DNA of 64,000 bases, from IMG/VR virus record IMGVR_UViG_3300027801_002517, positions 32,001 to 96,000 of that record, one strand, 5' to 3'. The notes under the pieces were generated by a model. It searched no databases, had not been told where the DNA came from, and saw only the letters and a list, made by a program, of their open reading frames with translations. Below are positions 48,593 through 58,268 of the stretch, one piece after another; within the stretch, counting starts at the first letter, position 1, and the number at the start of each line of letters is the position of its first letter. This DNA comes from a virus. The position numbers were made by a program, and so were the translations under genes.

Positions 48593-48930
48593 TGTCTTCC
48601 TTCCATAATATATTTTTGCTTTTGTTTTGGCGTCATTTGATTGATCTGTGTCTTCGTGGCAGACCCTTTATGCCAAAGAGTATTATCTTTTTTGTTTTTA
48701 CTTTGCTCTTCATTTATAAATGATTTGTGTTTTTTAGTATTTTTATCGGCTAACTGACCAATAGTTGTGACATCTCCACGAACTGAAACATGACAACCAC
48801 CATAAATAACTCTTTCAAGTTTATACTTATTACAATTAGGACATTTTACGAGAGGCTTATCTTTAATGGATTGTTCTATATCATTGATCTCATGGAAACA
48901 ATCTTCACAGATATAATCATACGTCGGCAT
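48589..48930 (-). CDS. FmdB-family zinc-ribbon protein
   Basis: MPTYDYICEDC...CPNC...LER. Confidence 0.8.
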   Translation of the reverse strand: MPTYDYICEDCFHEINDIEQSIKDKPLVKCPNCNKYKLERVIYGGCHVSVRGDVTTIGQLADKNTKKHKSFINEEQSKNKKDNTLWHKGSATKTQINQMTPKQKQKYIMEGRQ

Positions 48931-49606
48931 CTTCTTTCTCCAATGCTGTTAAAATATCACCTAAAATTCCATTCCTTTGAATATCTGAATAAGTCAAATT
49001 ACAAATTGAAACTCCATTAATTCCTTCAAGCTTTTGGATGCATCTACTTAACCCACTATTGTTTTTGATGTCAGTTTGATTAGTATCACCATTGATTAAA
49101 ACTTTAGAATTCTCGCCCATTCTAGTGATAAACATTTTTATTTGTTCAAATGTACAGTTTTGAGCTTCATCTAAAATCATATAGCAATTATGAAAAGTAG
49201 ATCCTCTCATCACTTCTAATGGTTGATAACTAATTTTACCATCGTTATAGTAGTGACCATAATATGCTTGTCCTAAAAAATACCTAAAGTTTTCTTGCAT
49301 CGGTATTAAGTATGGAGCTATTTTATCTAATAATTCTCCGGGTAACGAACCAATGTCTTTACCAGCACATACTAATGGTCTCGTAATTATTATTTTGTCA
49401 ATATCTCCATCTCCACGATGAAGATGTTCAGCGGAAATACCAGCGGCTATAAATGATTTACCACAACCAGATGGGCCAGAACAAAAAATAACATCATTTT
49501 CTATAATAGATTTAATATATTCTTTCTGATTATTTGTTTTGGCTTCTACAGTTTTAATTTTTTGGAAATTATCTTTTACACGACTACTACTTCTTCTCTT
49601 TGCCAT
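48917..49606 (-). CDS. phoH: PhoH-family ATPase
   Basis: GPSGCGKS, ITRP, GSLPG, MRGSTF, ILDEAQN, TRMG, GD..QTD. Confidence 0.92.
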   Translation of the reverse strand: MAKRRSSSRVKDNFQKIKTVEAKTNNQKEYIKSIIENDVIFCSGPSGCGKSFIAAGISAEHLHRGDGDIDKIIITRPLVCAGKDIGSLPGELLDKIAPYLIPMQENFRYFLGQAYYGHYYNDGKISYQPLEVMRGSTFHNCYMILDEAQNCTFEQIKMFITRMGENSKVLINGDTNQTDIKNNSGLSRCIQKLEGINGVSICNLTYSDIQRNGILGDILTALEKEDADV

Positions 49607-49635
49607 TAATTTAAAACCTCTTATATTAAGTTATG

Positions 49636-50247
49636 TTATACTCCTGAGCTACCGAACCCTCCTGCATTCCTATCCGTTTCATTCAAGTCTGTAATTTCAA
49701 CTAATTTAAATTTTGGAACTTCTTGGAATAAAATTTGGGCTATTCTGTCTCCAGTATCGATGGTTACTGGCACTTGACCAGTATTTAATAAGCAAACTTT
49801 TACCTCACCCCTATAACCAGAATCAATTACTCCAGCTAATATATCAATACCCTTTTTAACTGCCATACCAGATCTGGGCCAAATTAAACCCACAAATGAA
49901 TTGGGTATAGCTAACGATATACCAGTGTTAATTGTCGCTCTTTCACTTGGTAATATAGTTTTTGGTTCGCAGCTATATAAATCCCAACCAGCATCTGATG
50001 CATGTGCTTGGGTGGGCTGAACAGCATTTGGCTGGGTTCTTGTTAGATTGATCGTCCAGAAGCCACTCATCACTTGATCAATACACTCCAAGTGTCTACC
50101 AACAGTGTTTGAGCTTTCTCCTACTGGATACTTATCAGGATTACAAAACACATCAAAGAAAAGTTCTTGCGGCATACTTCTATGCTGCGTCTTAGTTCTT
50201 TCGTGCATATCTGATAATTGCTTTTTTCTTGCTTCATGATCATTCAT
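49636..50247 (-). CDS. dut: Trimeric dUTPase with N-terminal extension
   Basis: AGWDL, PRSG, GVIDSGYRGE, GDRIAQ, RNAGGFGSSG. Confidence 0.92.
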   Translation of the reverse strand: MNDHEARKKQLSDMHERTKTQHRSMPQELFFDVFCNPDKYPVGESSNTVGRHLECIDQVMSGFWTINLTRTQPNAVQPTQAHASDAGWDLYSCEPKTILPSERATINTGISLAIPNSFVGLIWPRSGMAVKKGIDILAGVIDSGYRGEVKVCLLNTGQVPVTIDTGDRIAQILFQEVPKFKLVEITDLNETDRNAGGFGSSGV

Positions 50248-50276
50248 AATCAGTCCTTCTATTTATATTTATAATA

Positions 50277-50438
50277 TTAGCCCCGTCTTTCAATAGCACT
50301 ATTAACAATAGAGTTAGCACCCTTCTCTGAGCTGGCATAGCCTACATGTTTCTTCTGATCGTCGATAACAACATAACAGTCCCATCGCCGTTCTTTTTCG
50401 TTTTCCTCGACAAATCCACCAGTAGGTTTGCTTGCCAT
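50277..50438 (-). CDS. Small hypothetical protein
   Basis: MASKPTGG... (53 aa) after AAAGG. Confidence 0.5.
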   Translation of the reverse strand: MASKPTGGFVEENEKERRWDCYVVIDDQKKHVGYASSEKGANSIVNSAIERRG

Positions 50439-50506
50439 GTCTGCTCGCCTTTCTATCCGACTATATAGAGTAAGACAAATCTTGTATACACTTACCACGG
50501 ACTGTG

Positions 50507-50839
50507 TTACGCGGAAAAACTACTACCACAACCACAAGATTTGACGGCATTTGGATTATCGAACTGAAAGCCTCGCTTGTCAAGTCCTGAGTAGAAGTCA
50601 ACGGTTGTGCCATCCAGAAACAGATCGCTTTTCTTATCCACAACAACACCAACACCATACTGTTCCCGAAACACATCTGTTTTGACATCGTATCGATCAG
50701 TAAAGTCAAAGGCATACTGGAAGCCACTGCATCCACCACCGACCACACCGACACGGACATATTTTAGTTCCTCGCGGTTCTGATCTTCAATAATACTCTG
50801 GATTTCAATTGCAGCGGCTTCAGTAAGTTGAACTGTCAT
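50507..50839 (-). CDS. iscA: A-type Fe-S cluster carrier (IscA/HesB/ErpA)
   Basis: GGGCSGFQY, LDGTTVDF, NPNAVKSCGCGSSF. Confidence 0.92.
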   Translation of the reverse strand: MTVQLTEAAAIEIQSIIEDQNREELKYVRVGVVGGGCSGFQYAFDFTDRYDVKTDVFREQYGVGVVVDKKSDLFLDGTTVDFYSGLDKRGFQFDNPNAVKSCGCGSSFSA

Positions 50840-50859
50840 TTACTTTTCCTTTTAATCGT

Positions 50860-51045
50860 TTAATCGTTTAACTTGTATTCCAGAATATCCCAAATTTCAT
50901 CACCGCCGACATACTTACGGTCTTCTTCTTGAGATTTTTCCTTGGCCTTTTCCGCACCATCCATTGTCTTATGGATTGATACTATATGATGATCTCCATC
51001 GTCTCTCCATCCGTATTCCCTGTAGTATACTACGTATGTTTTCAT
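50860..51045 (-). CDS. Small hypothetical phage protein
   Basis: MKTYVVY...VSIHKT.EGA-type small phage ORF. Confidence 0.55.
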   Translation of the reverse strand: MKTYVVYYREYGWRDDGDHHIVSIHKTMDGAEKAKEKSQEEDRKYVGGDEIWDILEYKLND

Positions 51046-51057
51046 TTGTGCAGTCTT

Positions 51058-51396
51058 TTAATCGTTGTTGCGTCGGTTACTACGTCGTTCACCACGTCGC
51101 TCATTATCACGTCTGTGACGGCGACGACCTCTATTGGATTCATATGTAAAACCAAATCCACCACGAGAGAAGTTAAGACCAAATCCTCTACTGGGACGAC
51201 GACCCCTATAATAGCCAAAATTCCACGGTGCAGGTCGATAAAACCCATAATCATAATGTTCAGGATACGCATTAGGATATGCGTTAATGAAGAATCCACC
51301 ACGAAATCTTGGATGTGCAGATGCAGGAGATGATGCAGTAATAAATAGTGTCACTACAATCGCTATTAGAGTAAAGTGTTTAAAAAATTTCATCAT
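51058..51396 (-). CDS. Secreted Gly/Tyr/Arg-rich low-complexity protein
   Basis: Sec signal peptide ending PASA, Y/P/G-rich middle, GFGLNFSRGGFGF, Arg-rich tail. Confidence 0.6.
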   Translation of the reverse strand: MMKFFKHFTLIAIVVTLFITASSPASAHPRFRGGFFINAYPNAYPEHYDYGFYRPAPWNFGYYRGRRPSRGFGLNFSRGGFGFTYESNRGRRRHRRDNERRGERRSNRRNND

Positions 51397-51404
51397 TGTT
51401 CCCC

Positions 51405-52694
51405 TTAAAATAATTCTTTTATACGCTTACCACCATTGACCATACCAAACGGTCTACCTTCAGCGGAATGAAGTTCTTGGTGAGTATTAATATTTAAAGA
51501 TGTTAAAACAGTTTCCGCTAAATCTTCTGGAGTATAACAACCTCCCACACACGACATTCCAGTTCTATCGGTTTCGCCCACGCACATTCCTGAATTTAAT
51601 CCACCACCACTCAGTAATAAACTAAATGCTGCCGGGAAATGTCCACGTCCCCCGGCACCTGCATCAATCTTTGGAGTCCTACCAAATTCCCCAGTGACTA
51701 ATACCAAGGTTTTATCTGACAACCCACGATCTGCAAGATCAGCAAACAAAGTAGAGATGGCAGAATCTAATGGTGGTAGTAATTCATCTTTAAGTAATCG
51801 GAAGTTCTCATCATGAGTATCCCAGTCAGTATGCTGAATAGTCACACACCTCACACCAGCTTCTACTAAACGGCGAGCCATTAAACAACTCTGACCTAGT
51901 GTACTTCTACCATACTGTTCTCTAATTTTAGCTGGTTCACGATCAATGTCAAATGCCGCCTTGGCTTCTGCTGATAGCATTAGAGTTTTGGCAGACTCTC
52001 TAAATGCATTAAAACTATTTGCTTTACGATTTGATCTAACTGAAACTTCCTTCGTTCCTTCAAACTTAGATAGCTGACGCCTCAGCTTTTCCCTAATTGC
52101 TATTCTATCATCGGGCAAATCAAACGGTGGCACAAGATCTGGTACAGAAAAACTTGGTGAATTAGGATCTGCCGCAATGACAAATGGAGCATATGATGAT
52201 CCTAGATATGCAGAACTACCACTCCTATGCATAGTAGGTAAACAAATATAAGGAGGCACAGATCCGATACCACCTTTTTCGTGAGCAATAATAGACCCAA
52301 AGGATGGATTGTGATTATTTGGCATCTGTTTAGACTGAAATGTTGGATTGGGCTTGTACCCAGTCAATATATAATGATCACCAGAACCATGATTAGAGTC
52401 ACTATGTGACATAGATCTAACTATTGAGAACTTGTCTTGCTGTTGTGCGAGCAAAGGAAGATGTTCTGTTATATGTATGTCTGGCACACATGTTGAAATT
52501 GGTGAAAATTCTCCACGATATTCAAGAGGAGCATTCGGTTTCATATCAAACATGTCGATACTACTGGGACCACCTTTTAGAAATACAATAATGAGAGACT
52601 TATCAGAAGCTTCAGCCACCTCAGAAGCATACGAACTCATAGGCAAAAACAATGAAGCCGCTCCACCCTTCAAAAATTTTCGTCTGGTAGTCAT
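51405..52694 (-). CDS. DUF1501-family protein with Tat signal
   Basis: RRKFLK, LKGGPS..DMFDMKP, YG..TLGQSCLMARRLVEAGV, WDTH, GEFGRTP, GRGHFP. Confidence 0.88.
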   Translation of the reverse strand: MTTRRKFLKGGAASLFLPMSSYASEVAEASDKSLIIVFLKGGPSSIDMFDMKPNAPLEYRGEFSPISTCVPDIHITEHLPLLAQQQDKFSIVRSMSHSDSNHGSGDHYILTGYKPNPTFQSKQMPNNHNPSFGSIIAHEKGGIGSVPPYICLPTMHRSGSSAYLGSSYAPFVIAADPNSPSFSVPDLVPPFDLPDDRIAIREKLRRQLSKFEGTKEVSVRSNRKANSFNAFRESAKTLMLSAEAKAAFDIDREPAKIREQYGRSTLGQSCLMARRLVEAGVRCVTIQHTDWDTHDENFRLLKDELLPPLDSAISTLFADLADRGLSDKTLVLVTGEFGRTPKIDAGAGGRGHFPAAFSLLLSGGGLNSGMCVGETDRTGMSCVGGCYTPEDLAETVLTSLNINTHQELHSAEGRPFGMVNGGKRIKELF

Positions 52695-53755
52695 AATAGA
52701 TCTCCAAAATCTACATCTTCTAAATCATTTTTACTCGCACCAATTTTATAGCTGGTAATTTCGTGTTCTTGTGGTGCCACCTGAACAGATTCACTTTTCA
52801 TCCAAGGATCTGTCCAACCAGCAACAGGATTCTTACCAACTTTTTCATATGGTAATCCTATCGCCTTCCTTCTTGACATACACAACCAATCAATATATTG
52901 ATGTAATACTACTTCATTTAAACCAATAATTGATCCGTCTTTGAATAGGTATGACGCCCATTCTTTTTCTTCTTGAGCAGCCCTATTAAACATTTCTACG
53001 GCAGCATCTTGGCACTGTTCCGCCACTTTAACAAACCCTTCACTCTCCTCCTTATGAAGAATTTTGAGTATTTCTTGGGTATTAGACAGGTGCAGAGCCT
53101 CATCTCTTTTAATAAGCTTAATAATATCAGCATTACCAACCATCTTTTTATTTTCTGCGAAGGCAAACGAACAGATGAAACTGACATAAAATCTTATAGC
53201 TTCAAGGATATTGATGCTTATAATCGTCATATAGATTTGTTTTTTAATATCCGCTGTTTTGCTATCAGCCATACCCATAAGATTATTATAATCTTCAATA
53301 GCACTGGATGCTCGTTTCATAATCTCGTTGTCGGTATAAATACCATCAAACACTTCCGTGGGATCTGCATAAACATTCTGAATAATATAAGAGTAGCTGA
53401 AACTATGAATCGACTCAAAAAACATCCATGTTATCAAACATTTCTCTAACTCAGTATTAGACACATATCCCAATAATGTGGGAACACCACGACAAATAAC
53501 ACTATCAAGCATAGTCTGATACTTAAGATTAGAAGTAAAGATAAACTTCTCGTTATCAGACATTTCTTTAAAATCAGACCTATCCTTCTTTAGTTCTATT
53601 TCCTTTGGTTGCCAGAAAAATTCCATCATCTTATTATCCAGATTAGTAAACACTGGATATTTAATCATATCAAATCTCTGAACACCCAAATCTTTACCTA
53701 AAAAGAGGGGTTGACTCAAAATATCTACCTTTTTAGTATTGAAGATAGTTTTCAT
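52691..53755 (-). CDS. nrdB: Ribonucleotide reductase class Ia beta subunit
   Basis: FFWQPKE, QTMLDS, ESIHSFSY, LEAIRFYVSF, RDEALH, VAPQE. Confidence 0.95.
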   Translation of the reverse strand: MKTIFNTKKVDILSQPLFLGKDLGVQRFDMIKYPVFTNLDNKMMEFFWQPKEIELKKDRSDFKEMSDNEKFIFTSNLKYQTMLDSVICRGVPTLLGYVSNTELEKCLITWMFFESIHSFSYSYIIQNVYADPTEVFDGIYTDNEIMKRASSAIEDYNNLMGMADSKTADIKKQIYMTIISINILEAIRFYVSFICSFAFAENKKMVGNADIIKLIKRDEALHLSNTQEILKILHKEESEGFVKVAEQCQDAAVEMFNRAAQEEKEWASYLFKDGSIIGLNEVVLHQYIDWLCMSRRKAIGLPYEKVGKNPVAGWTDPWMKSESVQVAPQEHEITSYKIGASKNDLEDVDFGDLL

Positions 53756-55980
53756 ATTGCACAAGCCCCGCCTTCGCAGTTTAGATCTGCTTCAGTTTCG
53801 CCATCTCCATCTGGAGTATTCGCATAGTAGAAGTTCTTCAGCCCATACTTATAACCATAGATCTGATCTTTAATTAGGATGCTCAAGGGGATATTACCAT
53901 CCTCATAATGAGCATAATTGTAATAGAGATTTGTACTCATGCTCATATCTACAAACTTCTGAATAACAGCAGCAGTATTAAGCATAGCTTCATTATCCCG
54001 CATTTCCCAAGCTTTAGTATAATAATTCTTGCGATTATAATAATTTGGCACCAGTTGTTTCAAGATACCATTCTTTGCCTTCTTGTAAAGTAGAAGGTTT
54101 CTGACTGGCTCAATACCATTTGTACTGTTCTGAATAACACTGGATGATTCACAGGGCATAACTGCGGATAAGGTAGAATGCCTTAATCCAAATTCTTTAA
54201 CTCTGTTTCTTAAACCCTTCCAGTCCATATTATACTTAGGCTTAACCAATTTGTCAACCGACTTTTTATACCAATCAATCGGCAAAAGTCCCTTAGAGTA
54301 TTTAGTGTCTTCAAACTTCTCACATGGTCCCAGCTTCTCAGCAAGTTTACAAGATTCATTAATCAAATTCCACTGAATTTTCTCCATTGTCTCATGGATC
54401 AGTACTAATGCTTCAGGATCTCCATAGAACATCTTATTCTTTGCCAAAAATCCTGCAAGGTTTGTGATACCAATACCCAAAGATCTTCTGTTCTTGGTAA
54501 AGTTTTCACCAGCCAACACAGGATAATCTTGATAATCGATAATTGCCTCAAGGGTATTAACAGCAACTTCGCAAGTCTTTTGAATATCTTCATCTGAATT
54601 TAGTTCAAGGAGATTTAAAGCAGATAAAATACAGATACCAATTTCACCGTCTGGATCATTGATATCTTTGATTGGCACAGTGGGATGAATAATCTCTTGA
54701 CATAGATTTGACATCTTAACAGGAATATCCCACGACCCGTGTTCATTGGCTGTATCGATATTCATAGAGTAAATACGTCCAGTCTCAAGCCGCTCTCTTG
54801 CGAATACCTCCGCGAGCTTCCTTGCTGAGATTTTCTTCTTAAACTTAATACTACGAGCATTCTCGTATTTCTTATATAGCTCTTCAAACTTTTCATTATC
54901 ACCAAAGGCTTCATACAAGCCTTTAGTCTCATGAGGATTAAATAATGTAATCTCTTCATTAGCTATAAGGCGTTCATAGAACAGTTTGCAAAATTGAACT
55001 GAGTAATCCAGCTTTCTAACTCTATTATCATCTGTGCCAGCATTGTTCTTGAGAACAAGGACATCTTCTATTTCATAGTGCCAAAAGGGTACATGTACTG
55101 TAGCAGATCCTCCCCTGATGCCGTTCTGGCTCGTTGACTTAACAGCCGACTCAAAGTTCTTTAGATATGGAATGATGCCTGTGTGAATGACCTCGCCGCC
55201 TCTGATAGGGGCGTTGATGGGTCTGATACGTCCCATATTCAAACCAATACCAGCACGTCTAGCAGTATACTTACCAACAGCGTGTACTGATGCAAAAATA
55301 CTGTCAAGATCATCATCGACATCTACCAAGACACATGAAGCAAATTGCTTAATAGTGGTTCTAACGCCAGCCATAATCGGTGTAGGTAAATTAATCTTAA
55401 ATGTAGAGTATGCATCGTAGGCTTTTTTAACTTCAGCAACATCATCAAACAGACACATAGCGATAAGCATATATGCAAACTGTGGAGTTTCAAATATTTC
55501 CCCAGTTGATCTATTCTTAACAAGATACTTATCTATTAATTGCTGTAATCCAGCATAAGTAAATAAATCATCTCGTGAATGATTGATATAGGATTCAAAT
55601 TTTTCTATATCTTCTTTATACCATTTTTCTAAAATAGCTGGATCATAAACGCCGTTATCAACTCTTATAGCAATGAAATCAAAAAATTCTGGAGGTTTCT
55701 TACCACTAGCCCAAACATCTTTCCTAAGCTGCATATTTAACAATCGGGAAGCACAATACTGATAATTTGGGGCTGATTCTGAAATTAGATCATTAGCAGA
55801 TTTAATTAGGATTTGTTGTATCTCTGAAGTAGGTATACCATCATACAGAGATAGATTAGCATTCATCTCAATATCAGAAAGAGATACACCATTTAGATCC
55901 TCCGTTGCCCATTGTACAACTTGGTGAATTTTTTCGACATTATAGTCTTCCGATTGACCATTCCGTTTAGTTACACGCAT
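53752..55980 (-). CDS. nrdA: Ribonucleotide reductase class Ia alpha subunit
   Basis: ATP cone, PTP, SCVL, SNLCQEI, MPCESSS, YY, C-terminal CxxxxC. Confidence 0.95.
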   Translation of the reverse strand: MRVTKRNGQSEDYNVEKIHQVVQWATEDLNGVSLSDIEMNANLSLYDGIPTSEIQQILIKSANDLISESAPNYQYCASRLLNMQLRKDVWASGKKPPEFFDFIAIRVDNGVYDPAILEKWYKEDIEKFESYINHSRDDLFTYAGLQQLIDKYLVKNRSTGEIFETPQFAYMLIAMCLFDDVAEVKKAYDAYSTFKINLPTPIMAGVRTTIKQFASCVLVDVDDDLDSIFASVHAVGKYTARRAGIGLNMGRIRPINAPIRGGEVIHTGIIPYLKNFESAVKSTSQNGIRGGSATVHVPFWHYEIEDVLVLKNNAGTDDNRVRKLDYSVQFCKLFYERLIANEEITLFNPHETKGLYEAFGDNEKFEELYKKYENARSIKFKKKISARKLAEVFARERLETGRIYSMNIDTANEHGSWDIPVKMSNLCQEIIHPTVPIKDINDPDGEIGICILSALNLLELNSDEDIQKTCEVAVNTLEAIIDYQDYPVLAGENFTKNRRSLGIGITNLAGFLAKNKMFYGDPEALVLIHETMEKIQWNLINESCKLAEKLGPCEKFEDTKYSKGLLPIDWYKKSVDKLVKPKYNMDWKGLRNRVKEFGLRHSTLSAVMPCESSSVIQNSTNGIEPVRNLLLYKKAKNGILKQLVPNYYNRKNYYTKAWEMRDNEAMLNTAAVIQKFVDMSMSTNLYYNYAHYEDGNIPLSILIKDQIYGYKYGLKNFYYANTPDGDGETEADLNCEGGACAI

Positions 55981-56004
55981 TTCTGAATTATTCCTTATAC
56001 ATCA

Positions 56005-56043
56005 AAAGATAAATATAGCCACCAATTTACAAAGGTGGCTATA
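56005..56043 (-). terminator. Intrinsic terminator
   Basis: TATAGCCACC (56014-56023) / GGTGGCTATA (56034-56043) stem followed by a T-rich tract on the - strand. Confidence 0.8.
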
Positions 56044-56050
56044 AATTCAA

Positions 56051-56296
56051 CTATCTAACAATTTTTACTTGTACATTTTTACCAACATTTACATAAACAA
56101 CATCTTTACCATCTTCCTTGGTAAATTCGAGCATATCAATTACTTCTCGTGCTTTATCAATATGAGACTGTTCAAGGTTAACCTTCTTCAATGCTTTCTT
56201 AATTAGCGTATCAGTAATATCAATATCAAATAGCCCACCATACTCACCACTTTCATTACCACTAATTACAACATCTTCTTGCTTAAAATCACTCAT
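56051..56296 (-). CDS. Hypothetical protein
   Basis: 81 aa, last gene of the membrane cassette. Confidence 0.55.
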   Translation of the reverse strand: MSDFKQEDVVISGNESGEYGGLFDIDITDTLIKKALKKVNLEQSHIDKAREVIDMLEFTKEDGKDVVYVNVGKNVQVKIVR

Positions 56297-56796
56297 TGAT
56301 TAAAACTCCAAGCTATAGCGTCTAAAACATTAACTAAACTAGTTCTTGCTTCTGGTGTAAAATCTGCATTTTCTTTACCAAGGGTCGCTATAATAATTTC
56401 ATCTATTGATTCACCAAGATTAGTATATTTATCTTTTAAGTCAAGTCCAGTAAAGTTTAATTGTCCTGCAATTGAATTAAAATTCTTAAATTGTCCTGTT
56501 GTTTGGATCAATCCCGGCTCCGTCTCGACTACATCTGACAATGTATAAAAATAATCTCTCAGTTGAGTTTTATCCTTTTTATTGATATCTAATAGTATCA
56601 GTTCTTCAACTAATGTCTTATTTGTTAATGATGGCTCAACAACTTCTGGTTTATTATCTACTGGCGTTATTTCTGTACTCTGTAATGCTTCAATAATCGG
56701 TTGACCAACAAGAGACACAAACACCAAAACTACAACAATAATAATCTTTGAGGTTTTATCGTTCCAAATTTCTAATATTTTATCACTATTTATCAT
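56293..56796 (-). CDS. Single-TM membrane-anchored protein
   Basis: IIIVVVLVFVSLVG hydrophobic segment. Confidence 0.65.
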   Translation of the reverse strand: MINSDKILEIWNDKTSKIIIVVVLVFVSLVGQPIIEALQSTEITPVDNKPEVVEPSLTNKTLVEELILLDINKKDKTQLRDYFYTLSDVVETEPGLIQTTGQFKNFNSIAGQLNFTGLDLKDKYTNLGESIDEIIIATLGKENADFTPEARTSLVNVLDAIAWSFNQ

Positions 56797-57134
56797 ACTA
56801 CAACGTCCTTTCTATCAATATCAACGTCAGATTCATCTTCTTTGGATATTTGATCCGTATGATCACCTCGATCAGAAATAATCAATAGTGGAAAAATTGC
56901 ATCTACTTTATTAGAGGCTTCAGTAAGTCCGGCATCTACACATTCTTTTTTAAAGGATGACCACGCAGATACAATACGAATAATATCTTCATCATAAAAG
57001 GTGGCTTGCGGTTTAGCGTTTGATCTTAGTTTTGGCTTTGTGACATCACCATTAAAAAATATGCTAATTAAAACGGCAGCAGCTACACCAAGTAAAACTA
57101 ATTGCCATACTTCAATTCCCAATTGATCTATCAT
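56793..57134 (-). CDS. Single-TM membrane protein
   Basis: VWQLVLLGVAAAVLISIFF. Confidence 0.65.
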   Translation of the reverse strand: MIDQLGIEVWQLVLLGVAAAVLISIFFNGDVTKPKLRSNAKPQATFYDEDIIRIVSAWSSFKKECVDAGLTEASNKVDAIFPLLIISDRGDHTDQISKEDESDVDIDRKDVVV

Positions 57135-57559
57135 TGTTCATCTCCTGTAAATAGTCCATGACGTTTATAAATACCAAGTATGTTCTCTATGTCTCCTGCA
57201 CTCATATTATTTGACTGATCTACTATAGACGAATAAAGATCTTTTTGTATCTTAGACTTTGAAGGCATAGTACTATGAGTCCGATAGTATGCAAAGTTTT
57301 TTCTAATGTCTCTTTTAATAAAGAAACGCTGTAAAAGACCCGGTTTTTGTATAGAGGACAAAGCTCTCTCCGCATTACTACTGTAGCATACATATATTAG
57401 TCTTATAACGCTGATTATGCAGTTGCAAATTGCAACAATGGTTATAATATCAAAAAAATAAATATCTTTACCATGCATCTTGTCTACTACTTCGTCGGCA
57501 ATTTTTCTTACATCAGGATGTAAATTATCTAAATTATCCCGTGTTACATACTTAGTCAT
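57131..57559 (-). CDS. Single-TM membrane protein
   Basis: FFDIITIVAICNCIISVIRLIYVC. Confidence 0.6.
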   Translation of the reverse strand: MTKYVTRDNLDNLHPDVRKIADEVVDKMHGKDIYFFDIITIVAICNCIISVIRLIYVCYSSNAERALSSIQKPGLLQRFFIKRDIRKNFAYYRTHSTMPSKSKIQKDLYSSIVDQSNNMSAGDIENILGIYKRHGLFTGDEQ

Positions 57560-58259
57560 TCGTATTATCCTTTATCTTTTTTAATAAGATATTTTTACCA
57601 ACATATCCTGTATAGTGAACTAATTTTTTAGTAGTATCTTTTTTTACCAGTATTGTTTGTGGAAGTGTTCTTACCCTGTATTTATTGAAAAGTTCTCTAT
57701 GATCTTTAGTATCCCAATCAAGCTTGGTAAGTTTGATATTACGATCTTTCAATAGTTCATACAATTCATTATTCTTTTTATTCCAAACATTTGCTTTCAT
57801 TTGCCTACATGGGCCACACCAAGTAGCCCCAAAGTAATACAAATGATAATCAACTTCTGCCTTCTTTTCAACTGTATTAGATATCAGTTGAATTTTTCCA
57901 TCGACCCCTGTGGTTGGGGGAGTACAAGCTTGCCCGCTACGACATTGACAATTACCTCCACACTTACCAGTACAAGTATCTTTTGTGCATCCAGTTTCTT
58001 CATTCTTCCCATGATGAGGACATTTAGTTTCATGTCCATCGCCTTGTTTGATTATACCAGTACCTTTACAGATACATTTATCTGCATCTGGATGTGGACC
58101 TTCTGGTTCTGGTATAGGTTTTGGTGTAGGCTTCGGTGTATTATCTACACCATCAGTCACTAAAACCTTAGCAATATCTACTGATATTTTAGGTCTATAA
58201 TTCGTCTCTGTACCTAATACCATAACAATCATTGTCGCGGCAAGCAATCCAAACTTCAT
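57552..58259 (-). CDS. Exported thioredoxin-domain protein with Pro linker and Cys-rich domain
   Basis: Hydrophobic N-terminus, PKPTPKPIPEP, CICKGTG..CP and CTKDTCTGKCGGNCQC, FGATWCGPC, cis-Pro TLP. Confidence 0.8.
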   Translation of the reverse strand: MKFGLLAATMIVMVLGTETNYRPKISVDIAKVLVTDGVDNTPKPTPKPIPEPEGPHPDADKCICKGTGIIKQGDGHETKCPHHGKNEETGCTKDTCTGKCGGNCQCRSGQACTPPTTGVDGKIQLISNTVEKKAEVDYHLYYFGATWCGPCRQMKANVWNKKNNELYELLKDRNIKLTKLDWDTKDHRELFNKYRVRTLPQTILVKKDTTKKLVHYTGYVGKNILLKKIKDNTND

Positions 58260-58268
58260 TTCTTTCTC

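Noticed and set aside
50260-50273. T4-type late promoter TATAAATA (two overlapping copies, - strand) upstream of dut
   Set aside because: Very AT-rich spacer and not seen before the structural genes; chance occurrence is likely.
43296-55980. Inteins or introns in dnaB, recA, nrdA or nrdB
   Set aside because: All four are of normal length with contiguous motifs.
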